The notes: generated by a model from the letters alone, not told the origin. 64,000 nucleotides of DNA from Elusimicrobiota bacterium (GCA_016722575.1 JADKIY010000002.1:136734-200733), one strand, 5' to 3'; positions 35,569 to 45,317 are shown, counted from the stretch's first letter. Numbers and translations are program-made.

Positions 35569-38013
35569 TCAACGGGCGGGTCCGACCGAGACGCGGACGT
35601 CGACCGTTTTGGCCGAAGACAAGGGCAACACGTCGCCGGCCAGGGGGCGGCCGTCGACGACGATTTTCTGGGAACCCGCGGACAGGGAAGGATCCCGCTT
35701 GATGGAGATTTGGTAGTTGACGCCGCGGAAACGCCGGGTGGCCCGGGCTTCGTTCCAGGGCGGCGGCAGGCAGGGGCGCACCATCAAACCGTCCCAAGTG
35801 GGCCGGATGCCCAAAATCCATTCCGTGGAAATCCGGTAGAGCCACGCCGCCGACCCGGTGTACCACGTCCACCCGCCCCGACCGGGGGTGGGCGAGCCGG
35901 GGCCGTCCACGTTCCCGGGGGTCACGTAGGGTTCGCACCGATAGAGGTCGGCGTCGGCCGCGCCGCGCAGGACCGGGGACATTTTCTGGTAAAGCTCCCA
36001 GGCTTTGTGGGCGCGCCCCAGGGCGCATTCCATTTGGAGGGCCCAGACGGCGGCGTGGAAGTAGATGCCGCCGTTTTCCCGCGTCGTCGGAGAATAGCGG
36101 GTCAAATACCCCACTTTTTCATCCGGCACCGTGTAGGCCGGCGTCAGAAGCAACGGGCCGTGGGGGCCGTAGAGATATTTTTCCAGGGATTTCAGAACGG
36201 TTTTTTTGCGGGCCTCCGAATCCACCGTCCCGCTCAACACCGCCCAGGTTTGGCAGTTCAGGAAAATGCGCCCCTCTTTGTTTTTCTTGGACCCCAGGGG
36301 CGACCCGTCGTCGGTCGTCGCGCCCAAATACCATTCGCCGTCCCAGCCGTGCTTGTTGACGGCGGTTTTGAGTTTCTCGGCGCTTTTGCGGTAGCGGGCG
36401 GCGCGCGACTTTTCCTTGGCCGGCAACACCTTGAGGGCCACGGCCCGGTCGGTGGCATCGGCCCAGTCCCGAAGAATCCCGTAAAGGAAATGCGCCATCC
36501 AAACGCTTTCGCCCTTCCCGCCCGCCCCGGCGGCGGACAAGCCGTCGTTCCAGTCGGCCTCGCCCAGGAGCGGCAATCCCCGGGGCGACAGCCGGGTCAG
36601 GGCTTTCTCAATGGCGCGAACCGCGTGGTCGTGCAGGGTGCCCGTCTCGGTGGTTTTGGTTCCGGGCTTGGCCGCGAAGGGCGCTTTTTCCGCCAGGACC
36701 GACCACTGGCCGGTTTCCTTCAAATAGTTCATCAAGACGAAGGGAAGCCAAAGGAGATCGTCGGAGAAACGCGACGGATGCCCTTCTTCCGACAGCGGGT
36801 GCCACCAGTGGTACACGGTGCCGTCGCCGAACTGATGAGCCGCGTGCAAATGAATTTGTTTTCGCGTTCCCTCGGGGTCCAGGGGCAGGAACACCTGGCT
36901 GTCCTGGAGCTGATCGCGGAAACCGTAGGCGCCGCCCATCTGGTAATAGGCCGTGCGGCCCCAGAGGCGGCCCGAGAGGGCCTGGTATTTGAGCCAGGTG
37001 TTCGTCAACAAATCGAACCCCTTGTCGGGGGTTTCCACCGGGAAAGCGCCGATGTATTTGTCCCAGAACATTTCCGTCCGTCCCCAGGCGTTGTCCACTT
37101 CGGAGAAATCCATGTAGCGCCGGGCCTTGACCAGGGCTTGGGACTGGGAGTCCGCCGCGCCCACGGTGAACAGGACGCTGCGCTCTTCCCCGGCCTTGAG
37201 TTCGACGGGCACGCAGAGGCTGGCGATGCCGTCGTCCCATTTGTGGGTGGTGGGGCCCGTGTAGCGCCCTTCACGGAGGGCGGCCGGGGCCTGGAGCGTG
37301 CCGTAATTGCCCAAAAAGGCCTGCTTGTCGCCCGAGGCGTCCCGGGTCGGCAAATTGACGGCGTGCCAGGCCACGTGGTCCCAGGTTCGGTTCCACAACT
37401 GGCCCTTGGAATTCTTGAGCGGCGACATCCGCTTTTTGGCGAGAACGATTTTCTTGTCGTCTTGAAAGGCGGTCTCGATGAACGTCCGGTGAAACTCCCG
37501 GTGCCAGTCCGGCGACTCGCCCAAATTCCATTCCAAATAGGTCCAGAGGCTCAGGGAGCGGGGCGTTTTGGAGGTGTTCTTGATCCGCAGGCGCCAGACT
37601 TCCAGGGGCTCTCCTTCGGGGACGAACACCAGCCACTGGGCTTGAATCCCCTCGTTTTGGGAGGTGATGATCGTGTAGCCCACGCCGTGAATGACTTCGT
37701 AGCTCTCGGGTTTCGCCTGGACCGGCTGCCAGCCCACGGACCAGAACTTGCCCGACTTGTCGTCCCGCATGTAAATGGTGCGGCCCATGACGTCTTGAAT
37801 CAAATCCTGGTTCCAACGGGTGATGCGGTTCAAGGTGGCGTGGTTCAGCCAGCTGTAGCCGCTTCCCGTCTGGGACATGGCGACGCCGTAGGTCCCCGAG
37901 GACATGATGTTGACCCAGGGCCGGGGCGTGTCCGGCCGGCTGATGATGAAACTCGCGCCGTCCTCGGCGAATTGGCCGTAGGGGGTGCGGTAAGGAAAGG
38001 TTGGGTTGGGCAT
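35569..38013 (-). CDS. GH94-family glycoside phosphorylase (cellobiose/chitobiose phosphorylase-like)
   Basis: 814 aa. 'PRPWVNIMSSGTYGVAMSQTGSGYSW', 'ENGGIYFHAAVWAL', 'RPTWDGLMVRPCLP' parallel Cellulomonas/Cellvibrio cellobiose phosphorylase. Confidence 0.85.
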   Translation of the reverse strand: MPNPTFPYRTPYGQFAEDGASFIISRPDTPRPWVNIMSSGTYGVAMSQTGSGYSWLNHATLNRITRWNQDLIQDVMGRTIYMRDDKSGKFWSVGWQPVQAKPESYEVIHGVGYTIITSQNEGIQAQWLVFVPEGEPLEVWRLRIKNTSKTPRSLSLWTYLEWNLGESPDWHREFHRTFIETAFQDDKKIVLAKKRMSPLKNSKGQLWNRTWDHVAWHAVNLPTRDASGDKQAFLGNYGTLQAPAALREGRYTGPTTHKWDDGIASLCVPVELKAGEERSVLFTVGAADSQSQALVKARRYMDFSEVDNAWGRTEMFWDKYIGAFPVETPDKGFDLLTNTWLKYQALSGRLWGRTAYYQMGGAYGFRDQLQDSQVFLPLDPEGTRKQIHLHAAHQFGDGTVYHWWHPLSEEGHPSRFSDDLLWLPFVLMNYLKETGQWSVLAEKAPFAAKPGTKTTETGTLHDHAVRAIEKALTRLSPRGLPLLGEADWNDGLSAAGAGGKGESVWMAHFLYGILRDWADATDRAVALKVLPAKEKSRAARYRKSAEKLKTAVNKHGWDGEWYLGATTDDGSPLGSKKNKEGRIFLNCQTWAVLSGTVDSEARKKTVLKSLEKYLYGPHGPLLLTPAYTVPDEKVGYLTRYSPTTRENGGIYFHAAVWALQMECALGRAHKAWELYQKMSPVLRGAADADLYRCEPYVTPGNVDGPGSPTPGRGGWTWYTGSAAWLYRISTEWILGIRPTWDGLMVRPCLPPPWNEARATRRFRGVNYQISIKRDPSLSAGSQKIVVDGRPLAGDVLPLSSAKTVDVRVSVGPAR

Positions 38014-38056
38014 GGGTTGTCTCCTTAAAATCGTTTCCGGCGCCCGGCGGGCGTCA

Positions 38057-40522
38057 CTACCACGTCAGTTGAATTTCCGTTTCAGCGCCTTCGGCTTCAA
38101 AATCGAGTCGGGCCTCGCCCGCGCTCCAGGCGGCCGTCGATTTGCCGCCCGCCACCGACACGCGGGGCTTGGCCGGCAAAGCGATCCGGGCCTGGTATTT
38201 GGCCCCGGGCAGGGTGGCGAACACCAGCTTCGCCTTGCGCCCCCGCACCACGGCGTCCAGGACCTCGGCTGTAGCGTACACAAGACGGACGTTTCGGTCC
38301 AGCGGAATATTAAGAGGCAAAACGGCCCCCGAAAGCGGCGCCAAGGGGAGGGTGCCGGTGGCCGGCAACCGCCACCGCCCGTTCCCCCCGGGCCGGGGCA
38401 GGGACACCGCGGCTTTCCGCTCGGTGAAATGGTAATTGAACACAAAAAGAAAACCGTATTCGCCGTTGCACCGAAGCACGGCCTGAATGTCCCAGGGCTC
38501 GCAAACCACCTGGGGCGTCAACCCGAGGCCCTTGGCCCAATCCCGCACCCAGTCCCGAAAGTGATCGAACACGTGGGGCAGGCCGAACCCGACCACCAAC
38601 GCTTCGCCCCGACCCACGCGGGTGTGGACGGCCCCCGCGCCCGAAGGCAGTTCCGCCCGGGTTCGCGCCTTGGCCTCGGTGGCGTAGGTTTGAATGGGTC
38701 CCTGCACCCATTGGTCGGCCCCGTCTTCCTTGAACAAATTGCCCTTTTGCTCCCCCGTCACCGAGAGGCCCAGGGCGTCCGCCAGAGTGGTGTCGGCTTC
38801 GCCCCGCAAGTCTTTCACGGGCAGTCGGGGGCCCAAAATTAATTTTCCCCCTTCGCGGACATAGGCCGCCAACTTGGCCTGGGTGTCGTGGTCCATGAAA
38901 TCCAAGGAATAAACCCAAAGGCTCCCGTGCTTCCGCAGAACGTCCAGGGAGGATCGCTGAACGTCCGTGTAGTCGTAGCTGAAGCCCGCCAGTTGCACCA
39001 GCCGGGCCACGCCGTCGTACCACAGATTTGTCCGTTGACCTTCGATTCCGTCCACCCAGGGGCCGGCCCAATACTCCGTGCCGTAATAGGGCAGATAAAA
39101 ACCGAAAGTGGTGTCCACGGCCTTCTTGGTCTGGGCCAGGAAGGGCCCGGCCCACTTTAAGAAACGGCCGAAATCCTTTAATGGTTCGAGGTGGGGGCGC
39201 GTTTCCCCCTTGGGGCCGATGGGCGCCTGCCAGTCGTGGTAGGTGCCGAAGGCGCCGTAGCCCGGGGGGTTCACGCCGCCCGCGAACATGTAGGCGTTCA
39301 ACCCGGAAAGGCCCTGCCCGACGGAACTCTTCACGTTGAGCGCCACCTGCTGGGGATAAAGTCGGGGCCGGTCCCGCATGATGCCCGTTTGAAGTTCCGC
39401 GCACACGACCGGGAGGGGCGACTCCGCCAGGGGCTCGAAGGGCGGCAGGGCGGGCAGGCGCCCTTCGGCGGCGGGGTTCAATTTCTCAACCGCGCCGTTC
39501 ACCGCCACCGCCCCCAGCATGCGCGTCACTTCGGTGGTCAGGGCCACGTCGTGGAAATTTTCAAAATCCAAGTGCCGCATCTGGTAAGCCCCGCCGAAAA
39601 TCAGCTTCGGCGTCAAAATCGGGAAGTCCCGGAACATGGAGGTGGTCATGGGCGCCCAGTTGCCGCGGCCCCGAATGTCGTAGTCGTAGAACTGCGGGAT
39701 GTTGCAGAAGAGCGGAACGTCCACGCCCAGGTCCCGGGCCCGCCGGGCGAGCAAGTGGAAATAGGTGGCGTAGTACCGGCGGTAGAAAAGCGACCAGTCC
39801 AAGTGAATGACCACCCGGTCCGCGTCGGCGTCTTCGCTCTTGGGCTGGTGCACTTCGTCGAACGAGGCGTAGGCGGTTTTGTAGGCGTCGTTCAAAGCTT
39901 GAATCGTTCCGTGGGTTTCCTGAATGAACCGGCGGTACATGCGGTTCACGTGGTCTTTGTGGTCGGCGCCCTTTTGAAGCCAGTGGACCATGGCGACTTC
40001 GTTGCAAAGCTGAACGGCCAACACGTTGCCGCCCTTGGTGGTCTGCCGACGGACGATGTCCGGCAACAGGGCGTCGTACCACCGGGCCACTTTTTCCTGG
40101 AACACGGGGTGCAGGTAGGACAAAATCGTCACGTGGGGCAGGTTGCCGACGTTCCGACGACCGGTCACGAACACGTCGGGGTAGCCGGAAAGCAGCCAGC
40201 CGGGGATGCCTTCGTTCACCAACTCCGCGTTGGACACGGGCCCCACCCGAGCGGAGACGAACAAGCCCAGGGACTTGGCCGTATCCAGGAAGGTCATCAC
40301 GTCCCGCTCGGGGTGCGTTTCCCCCGTCAGGTCGATGCGCCCTTCCTCCGGCTCGTGCCAGCTCCAGGGGATGTAGGTGCTCACGGTGTTGAAACCGGCG
40401 TTTTTAAGCGCCGTCAACCGCGCGCGCCATTGGGTTTTGGGGATGCGGAAATAGTGCACTTCGCCCGAGTAGAGGAAAAACGGGCGGCCGTTGAGGGAGA
40501 AATAACCGTTGGTCAATTCCAT
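38057..40522 (-). CDS. GH35 beta-galactosidase (no signal peptide)
   Basis: 821 aa, 'GYFSLNGRPFFLYSGEVHYFRIP', 'NTVSTYIPWSWHEP' GH35 catalytic-domain motifs. Confidence 0.9.
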   Translation of the reverse strand: MELTNGYFSLNGRPFFLYSGEVHYFRIPKTQWRARLTALKNAGFNTVSTYIPWSWHEPEEGRIDLTGETHPERDVMTFLDTAKSLGLFVSARVGPVSNAELVNEGIPGWLLSGYPDVFVTGRRNVGNLPHVTILSYLHPVFQEKVARWYDALLPDIVRRQTTKGGNVLAVQLCNEVAMVHWLQKGADHKDHVNRMYRRFIQETHGTIQALNDAYKTAYASFDEVHQPKSEDADADRVVIHLDWSLFYRRYYATYFHLLARRARDLGVDVPLFCNIPQFYDYDIRGRGNWAPMTTSMFRDFPILTPKLIFGGAYQMRHLDFENFHDVALTTEVTRMLGAVAVNGAVEKLNPAAEGRLPALPPFEPLAESPLPVVCAELQTGIMRDRPRLYPQQVALNVKSSVGQGLSGLNAYMFAGGVNPPGYGAFGTYHDWQAPIGPKGETRPHLEPLKDFGRFLKWAGPFLAQTKKAVDTTFGFYLPYYGTEYWAGPWVDGIEGQRTNLWYDGVARLVQLAGFSYDYTDVQRSSLDVLRKHGSLWVYSLDFMDHDTQAKLAAYVREGGKLILGPRLPVKDLRGEADTTLADALGLSVTGEQKGNLFKEDGADQWVQGPIQTYATEAKARTRAELPSGAGAVHTRVGRGEALVVGFGLPHVFDHFRDWVRDWAKGLGLTPQVVCEPWDIQAVLRCNGEYGFLFVFNYHFTERKAAVSLPRPGGNGRWRLPATGTLPLAPLSGAVLPLNIPLDRNVRLVYATAEVLDAVVRGRKAKLVFATLPGAKYQARIALPAKPRVSVAGGKSTAAWSAGEARLDFEAEGAETEIQLTW

Positions 40523-40598
40523 TGTATGAGCGTGTCCGCGGTTAGAAGAGCGATTACACTAGCAAAGAATTTCACAGGGCGGAAGGCGGTTTGTTACA

Positions 40599-41366
40599 AT
40601 GGGAGGCATGAAGCGAATCGGCAAATTGGCCGGAACCGGCGCATTGATTTTCACCTTGGCTTACCTCGGGTTTACCCCCGCGGGCCTGGGGTTTTTCGGC
40701 CAGCCCGCCCGGGTCCCCACCCTCCGTGAATTGACGACGGCCAACCCCGCCACGACCGCCTATATGGAAATTCGGCGACGGGAGGCGAACGCTCTGGGCA
40801 AAAAATGGAATCCGCGTTTTACCTGGGTTCCCTTGACCCGCGTATCCCCCGCCCTGGTGAACGCCGTTTTGGCCGCCGAAGACAGCACTTTCTATCATCA
40901 CCACGGCATCGAATGGGGCCTCACCCGGGACGCGCTTTTGGAAAACCTTCGGCGGGGCGAAAAGGCCCGGGGCGCCAGCACCATCACCCAACAGGTCGCC
41001 CGCAACCTGTATCTCTCCCCGCAAAAAAGTTATTTGCGAAAAATCCGTGAAATGATTTTGGCCCAGCGCCTGGAACAAACCCTGACCAAGCGCCGGATCC
41101 TGGAAATTTACCTCAACATCGCGGAGTGGGGCCCCGGCGTTTTCGGCGCCGAAGCCGCCTCCCAGACTTATTTCGGCAAACCGGCCTCGGCGCTCACCTG
41201 GGACGAGGCCGTCTCTCTAACGGCGGTACTCCCCAGCCCCCGCCGCCACGCGGCCAACGGCGACCGCCCTTGGATCAACGTCCGTCGGAAGTGGGTGTGG
41301 TCCCGGCTCGTTGAAACCCGCCGCTACACGCCGCCGCCCGAAGACCCGCCCGTTCCCGCCCCGTGA
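40599..41366 (+). CDS. mtgA: Monofunctional biosynthetic peptidoglycan transglycosylase (GT51)
   Basis: 255 aa, 'EDSTFYHHHGIEW', 'GASTITQQVARNLYL'. Confidence 0.85.
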   Translation: MGGMKRIGKLAGTGALIFTLAYLGFTPAGLGFFGQPARVPTLRELTTANPATTAYMEIRRREANALGKKWNPRFTWVPLTRVSPALVNAVLAAEDSTFYHHHGIEWGLTRDALLENLRRGEKARGASTITQQVARNLYLSPQKSYLRKIREMILAQRLEQTLTKRRILEIYLNIAEWGPGVFGAEAASQTYFGKPASALTWDEAVSLTAVLPSPRRHAANGDRPWINVRRKWVWSRLVETRRYTPPPEDPPVPAP

Positions 41367-42778
41367 TTCCCACGGCCGCCCTCAAATACCTCACCGTTAT
41401 TGACGCCGGCCTGGCGATCCTGTTCTCCATCGTCGTCATTTCCAAAAAACGAGACCCCGCCGTCACCCTGGCCTGGGTTTTGGGATTTTTCTTCCTCCCG
41501 CTTTTGGGCGTCCTCCTTTACGTTTTCTTCGGCTATCAACGAATCCGCCTTCGTCGACGCCAAACGCCGAACCCCAGCGGCCGCCTACCGTCCATTCGGG
41601 CCCCCGACGCTTTGGCCGCCGTGCCGGAACCCCTGCGCGGCGTGGCGGATTTGGCCGATCGTTTGACCGAATACCCCGTCACCGCCGGAAACCGGGTGGA
41701 TGTTTTCACCCGGGCCGACGACACCGACCACGCCCTGACCGCCGCCATCCGGGGCGCCCGGCGGCACATCCACATGTGCTATTACATTTTCGAGCCCGAT
41801 TCCGACGGGATTTTCTTCCGGGACCTCCTGGCCGAAAAAGCCCGGGAAGGCGTTCAGGTGCGCCTGCTCATGGACGCCGTGGGTTCCTTCAGCGTGGACG
41901 ACGACTTTCTGGCGCCCCTCCGCCGCGCGGGAGCCAGGGTGGATTTCTTCGGCCCCTTCGGCACCTTCCGCCGCCCCTGGGCCTTCAACTTCCGCAATCA
42001 CCGGAAATTGACCGTCATCGACGGCCACGTGGGCTTTTTGGGCAGTCAGAACATCGGCCACCATTTTTGGCGGGTGGGGTCCCGGCGCATCGCCTGGCGG
42101 GAAACCGACGTGCGGTTGGAGGGCGCGGCGGTGGAGGAACTGCAAACCGTCTTCGCCGAAGACTGGCACTTCGTCACCCGGGAAAACCTGGCCGGGGAGG
42201 ACTTTTTCCCTCCGCCGGCGCCCGTCGCGGCGGGTTCGACGCTGGTCCAGGCCCTGCCCACGGGCCCCGACCGGAAAGAAAACGCCCTCGCCTTTATTTT
42301 CGTCGAAGCCCTGCACACGGCCCGGGAACGGGTGACCATCACGACGCCCTATTTCATCCCCACCCCGGCGGTGGTCCTGGCCCTGGAAGGCGCGGCCCGG
42401 CGGGGCGTCCGCGTGGACCTGCTGGTCCCCCGGCGCACGGACCACCCGGTGGTCACCTGGGCGGGCCGGAGCTATTTCGACGAGTTTCTGGAAAGCGGCG
42501 TGCGGATCTTCGAATACGGCGAGGCCTTCCTGCACTCCAAGGTGGTGACGGTGGACGGCCGGCTGGCCCTCCTGGGTTCCGCCAACATGGACACCCGGAG
42601 CTTTCTAATCAACTTTGAATTGAGTCTTCTGGTTTACGATGAAAAAGTCGTGGAACGTCTGGTGCATACTTTCGATAAAACGGCGGGCCAGTCCGTGGCC
42701 TTCGCCGCCAGGGCCGCTCGGGCCCCCGTCCGTCATTTCGCCGAAGGCCTCTGCCGGGTCCTTTCCCCCCTTCTTTAA
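41363..42778 (+). CDS. cls: Cardiolipin synthase (PLD superfamily, two HKD motifs)
   Basis: GTG start overlapping the mtgA stop (GTGA at 41363-41366). 'NHRKLTVIDG' and 'FLHSKVVTVDGRLALLGSANMD'. Confidence 0.9.
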   Translation: MIPTAALKYLTVIDAGLAILFSIVVISKKRDPAVTLAWVLGFFFLPLLGVLLYVFFGYQRIRLRRRQTPNPSGRLPSIRAPDALAAVPEPLRGVADLADRLTEYPVTAGNRVDVFTRADDTDHALTAAIRGARRHIHMCYYIFEPDSDGIFFRDLLAEKAREGVQVRLLMDAVGSFSVDDDFLAPLRRAGARVDFFGPFGTFRRPWAFNFRNHRKLTVIDGHVGFLGSQNIGHHFWRVGSRRIAWRETDVRLEGAAVEELQTVFAEDWHFVTRENLAGEDFFPPPAPVAAGSTLVQALPTGPDRKENALAFIFVEALHTARERVTITTPYFIPTPAVVLALEGAARRGVRVDLLVPRRTDHPVVTWAGRSYFDEFLESGVRIFEYGEAFLHSKVVTVDGRLALLGSANMDTRSFLINFELSLLVYDEKVVERLVHTFDKTAGQSVAFAARAARAPVRHFAEGLCRVLSPLL

Positions 42779-42917
42779 CCCTTAAAAGCCGGTTGATTGG
42801 GCTTGTCCGTCCCAGGGCTTTATTTTTTTTCGTCATCCCGGTACGGGCATAACCGGTATCCAGACCGACTCAAACCGCAGGACCCTGGATCCCGGCTAAA
42901 ATCAGGCCGGGATGACG
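42779..42917. repeat. Palindromic repeat element, copy A (139-nt unit; ~87-nt structured core 42831..42917 bounded by 11-bp inverted repeat CGTCATCCCGG/CCGGGATGACG)
   Basis: Direct repeat of copy B (~85% identity over the unit, including the upstream 'cccttaa..gattggg.ttgtccgtccc..ttttttt' segment). Nested inverted repeats 'atccag..ctggat' and 'atcccggc..gccgggat'. Confidence 0.8.
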
Positions 42918-42960
42918 CACTTATCGACGGGAAATGCCCTTACCAAAACCGCATTGGCTT

Positions 42961-43093
42961 TAACCCTTAAGATTGGGTTTGTCCGTCCCCTATGCATTTT
43001 TTTCTCGTCATCCCGGTATGGGTCTAACCGGGATCCAGACCGAGGCAAACCGCAGGACCCCTGGATCCCGGCTAAACAAACGCCGGGATGACG
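42961..43093. repeat. Palindromic repeat element, copy B
   Basis: '...ctcgtcatcccggtatgggtctaaccgggatccagaccgaggcaaaccgcaggacccctggatcccggctaaacaaacgccgggatgacg'. Confidence 0.8.
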
Positions 43094-43128
43094 ACCTTGA
43101 CTGAATTAAACAGGGGATTTATCCCGGG

Positions 43129-43156
43129 TCCTCCTCCCCCCTTGAGGGGGAGGAGG
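43129..43156. terminator. GC-rich perfect hairpin (CCTCCTCCCCC-cttga-GGGGGAGGAGG) plus second small hairpin (CTCTTT..AAAGAG) at the 3' end of the acyltransferase gene; probable terminator
   Basis: 11-bp perfect stem seen directly. The minus-strand reading is followed by 'tgtttaatt' (weak U-tract). Confidence 0.4.
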
Positions 43157-43179
43157 GAGGAGGGGGGTGCCTCTTTCCG

Positions 43180-44280
43180 TCAAAGAGAATCCGCCGCGGG
43201 CCTTCGAAAGATTCGTAAACCGCCAAAAGCTCGATCGAAAAAGAACCCCAATTTTTTTCGCAGAGTCGAACGAAAACGGTTTTCGATCAAGCCATGGACC
43301 GCGACAGCGGCCAATATCAACGGAACGGTCAACAGCGCCCGCCCCCCCGGGGTTTTTCCCCAGGGGAACAAAGCGAACAAAACGTACCCCACGTCCTGGT
43401 GAAGGAGATAGAGCGGATAGGAAATCGCTCCCAGGGCCACGAACCACCGGCCCAAGGGCCGCGTGCCGATGGGTTGGTGCCAGAATTGGTCCGTCAGCGC
43501 CCCGAAAACCAATAGAACCCCGCAAAGGAACCCGAATCCGACGGACAAGCCGTCCATGGGCAGGGACGGCGCCTTTTCGCCCCCCATCCAGGGCAGTGCG
43601 GCCAACGCGCCCAGGGCGGCCAGCCATTGCCAACCGCCCCGGCCGGGATTTCCGTGGCGTATTTCCCAACCGGCCATTCCGAGGAGGAAAAGCGGCAGGT
43701 AGGGAAAAAAATCCGTCCAGTAGCCGGGCCCGCCGAACCGACCCAAAAGCGCGTTGCCCAATAAACTCACGCCAAAAATCACCCAGAAGGGTTTGAGGCG
43801 TGGAAGGGCGAAGAAAGCCAGGCCGATCAGCCAATAGAATTTAAACTCCACCAGGAGGGACCAATAGGCCCCGTCGACAAAGGCGTAATGGTTGACCGGC
43901 GCGCCCCAGAGGCGCGGCAAAAGAGTCGGAAGGTTGATGGCGGGAAGGAAGACCATGGTTTTGGCCATGTCCATAAAGCCGTGGATCCGGTCCGGCCGGG
44001 CCAGGGGAAAGCCCCGCTCCACCGCCGTCGTTAAAACGGCGCACACCCAGAGGGCGGGCAGGAGCCGGGCGTAGCGCTTGGCCAAAAAGTCGCCCAGGGA
44101 GGCGCTTCCCCGCACGCTCGGCAACATGCAGTAGCCGCTGATCATGAAAAAAAGGGCCACCCCGTAAACGCCGATACGGCCCACGGGGTCGGCCAGTTCG
44201 AAGTGATAAAAGAGGACCGCGGCGATGCTGAGCCCCCGCAGGGCGTCGATGGCGCCTTCGCGGGATTTGTCGTCGGTCAA
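43180..44280 (-). CDS. Acyltransferase family 3 (OafA/YrhL-like membrane O-acyltransferase)
   Basis: 366 aa, 'AIDALRGLSIAAVLFYHF', multi-TM, 'YPLYLLHQ'. TTG start in the track. Confidence 0.8.
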   Translation of the reverse strand: MTDDKSREGAIDALRGLSIAAVLFYHFELADPVGRIGVYGVALFFMISGYCMLPSVRGSASLGDFLAKRYARLLPALWVCAVLTTAVERGFPLARPDRIHGFMDMAKTMVFLPAINLPTLLPRLWGAPVNHYAFVDGAYWSLLVEFKFYWLIGLAFFALPRLKPFWVIFGVSLLGNALLGRFGGPGYWTDFFPYLPLFLLGMAGWEIRHGNPGRGGWQWLAALGALAALPWMGGEKAPSLPMDGLSVGFGFLCGVLLVFGALTDQFWHQPIGTRPLGRWFVALGAISYPLYLLHQDVGYVLFALFPWGKTPGGRALLTVPLILAAVAVHGLIENRFRSTLRKKLGFFFDRAFGGLRIFRRPAADSL

Positions 44281-44290
44281 GGGCGGGGGT

Positions 44291-45100
44291 TCAACGTTTT
44301 GTTTTCATCCGGGAATAGCGATCCATCAGGCGCTGTTCCTCGGCCGTCAAACTGTCGATGCCGTCGGCGGAAATCTTTTCCAAGATCCGGTCCACTTCCT
44401 GGCCCAGCTCGTGAAACTGGACGACTTCTTTTTTTTCCTTCCGCTGGATGGACCAATCCCCCACCCGCCCCAGGGCCCGGCGGAGGTCGTAGCGCAGCGT
44501 TCCGGATTTAAGATACAGAAAACCCGTCAACATGCCGCCCAGGTGGGCGATGTTGGCCAGGCGCGAGTGGGTCCCCGCGAAGCCCATGAGGAATTCAATG
44601 GCCGCGAAGAGGATCACCGCCTGCCAGGCCCGCATGGGGATCATGAAATAGATGTAAAAGACGGACATGGGGGACATCATGGCGAAGGCCACCAAGAGGC
44701 CGTAAATGGCGCCCGAGGCCCCGATGACCGGGAAAATGGAGTTGGGCTCCAGCAGAAGGTTAAAGGCCGCCGCCCCGACCCCGCAGAGGAAGTAATAAAA
44801 CAGGAACGACCTGGTCCCCCATCGGTTCTCCAGTTCCCGCCCCAGGGACCAGAGCATGAAGAGGTTGAAGAGCAGATGGAAAAATCCGCCGTGCAGAAAC
44901 AAATAAGTGACCGGCTGCCACAGCCAATACTCGTGCACCACCATCGTCGGGGTGAGCCCGAAATAGCGAATTAGGGATGGGCCGCCCGCCGCTTCCAGGA
45001 ACCATTGGAGGAGGAAAACAATTCCCGTGGCGGTGAGCAAAAACTTCACCGCCGGCGGCAGGGACCGGTAGGAGAGGGGTTGGTTAAATACCATTTTCAC
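44291..45100 (-). CDS. Rhomboid-family intramembrane serine protease (GlpG-like) with C-terminal soluble extension
   Basis: 'GASGAIYGLL' (catalytic Ser) and 'AHLGGMLTG' (catalytic His), 6 TM segments. Confidence 0.8.
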   Translation of the reverse strand: MKMVFNQPLSYRSLPPAVKFLLTATGIVFLLQWFLEAAGGPSLIRYFGLTPTMVVHEYWLWQPVTYLFLHGGFFHLLFNLFMLWSLGRELENRWGTRSFLFYYFLCGVGAAAFNLLLEPNSIFPVIGASGAIYGLLVAFAMMSPMSVFYIYFMIPMRAWQAVILFAAIEFLMGFAGTHSRLANIAHLGGMLTGFLYLKSGTLRYDLRRALGRVGDWSIQRKEKKEVVQFHELGQEVDRILEKISADGIDSLTAEEQRLMDRYSRMKTKR

Positions 45101-45111
45101 TCATTTCAAAT

Positions 45112-45201
45112 CGTCGTCCCGGCGTGCCTGTAGCCGGGACCCAGAACGACGTGAGGACGGACCACCCCTTGGATCCCGGCCAAAAACCCGCCGGGATGAC
45201 G
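45112..45201. repeat. Palindromic repeat element, copy C (core only)
   Basis: 'cgtcGtcccggcgtgcctgtagccgggacccagaacgacgtgaggacggaccaccccttggatcccggccaaaaacccgccgggatgacg'. Same terminal inverted repeat and 'ctggatcccggc.aaaa' block. The A>G change keeps pairing as G.U only on the plus-strand RNA. Confidence 0.7.
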
Positions 45202-45289
45202 AAAAGATGGGTCAACCGGTCTCTCACCGGCATGACTCGGCAACGTTGTCCCTTGAATCGAACTGGTATTTTTTTCGGTGCGGTTGGGC

Positions 45290-45317
45290 TTGATCAATTA
45301 ATTTTCCGTGCTATAAT
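45290..45317 (+). promoter_or_regulatory. sigma70 promoter TTGATC-N16-(TGc)TATAAT with extended -10, upstream of the fiber-like gene
   Basis: 'TTGATCaattaattttccgtgcTATAAT'. GGAGG SD 7 nt before the ATG at 45381. Confidence 0.5.

Noticed and set aside
35710-38028. 772-aa plus-strand ORF antisense to the GH94 gene (also 13667..15286, 16964..18004, 39191..40729, 57022..58710, 62134..63933 and similar)
   Set aside because: No recognisable motifs, and the composition is dominated by G/R/P/A codons produced by reading GC-rich coding DNA backwards. Each overlaps a strongly supported gene on the other strand.
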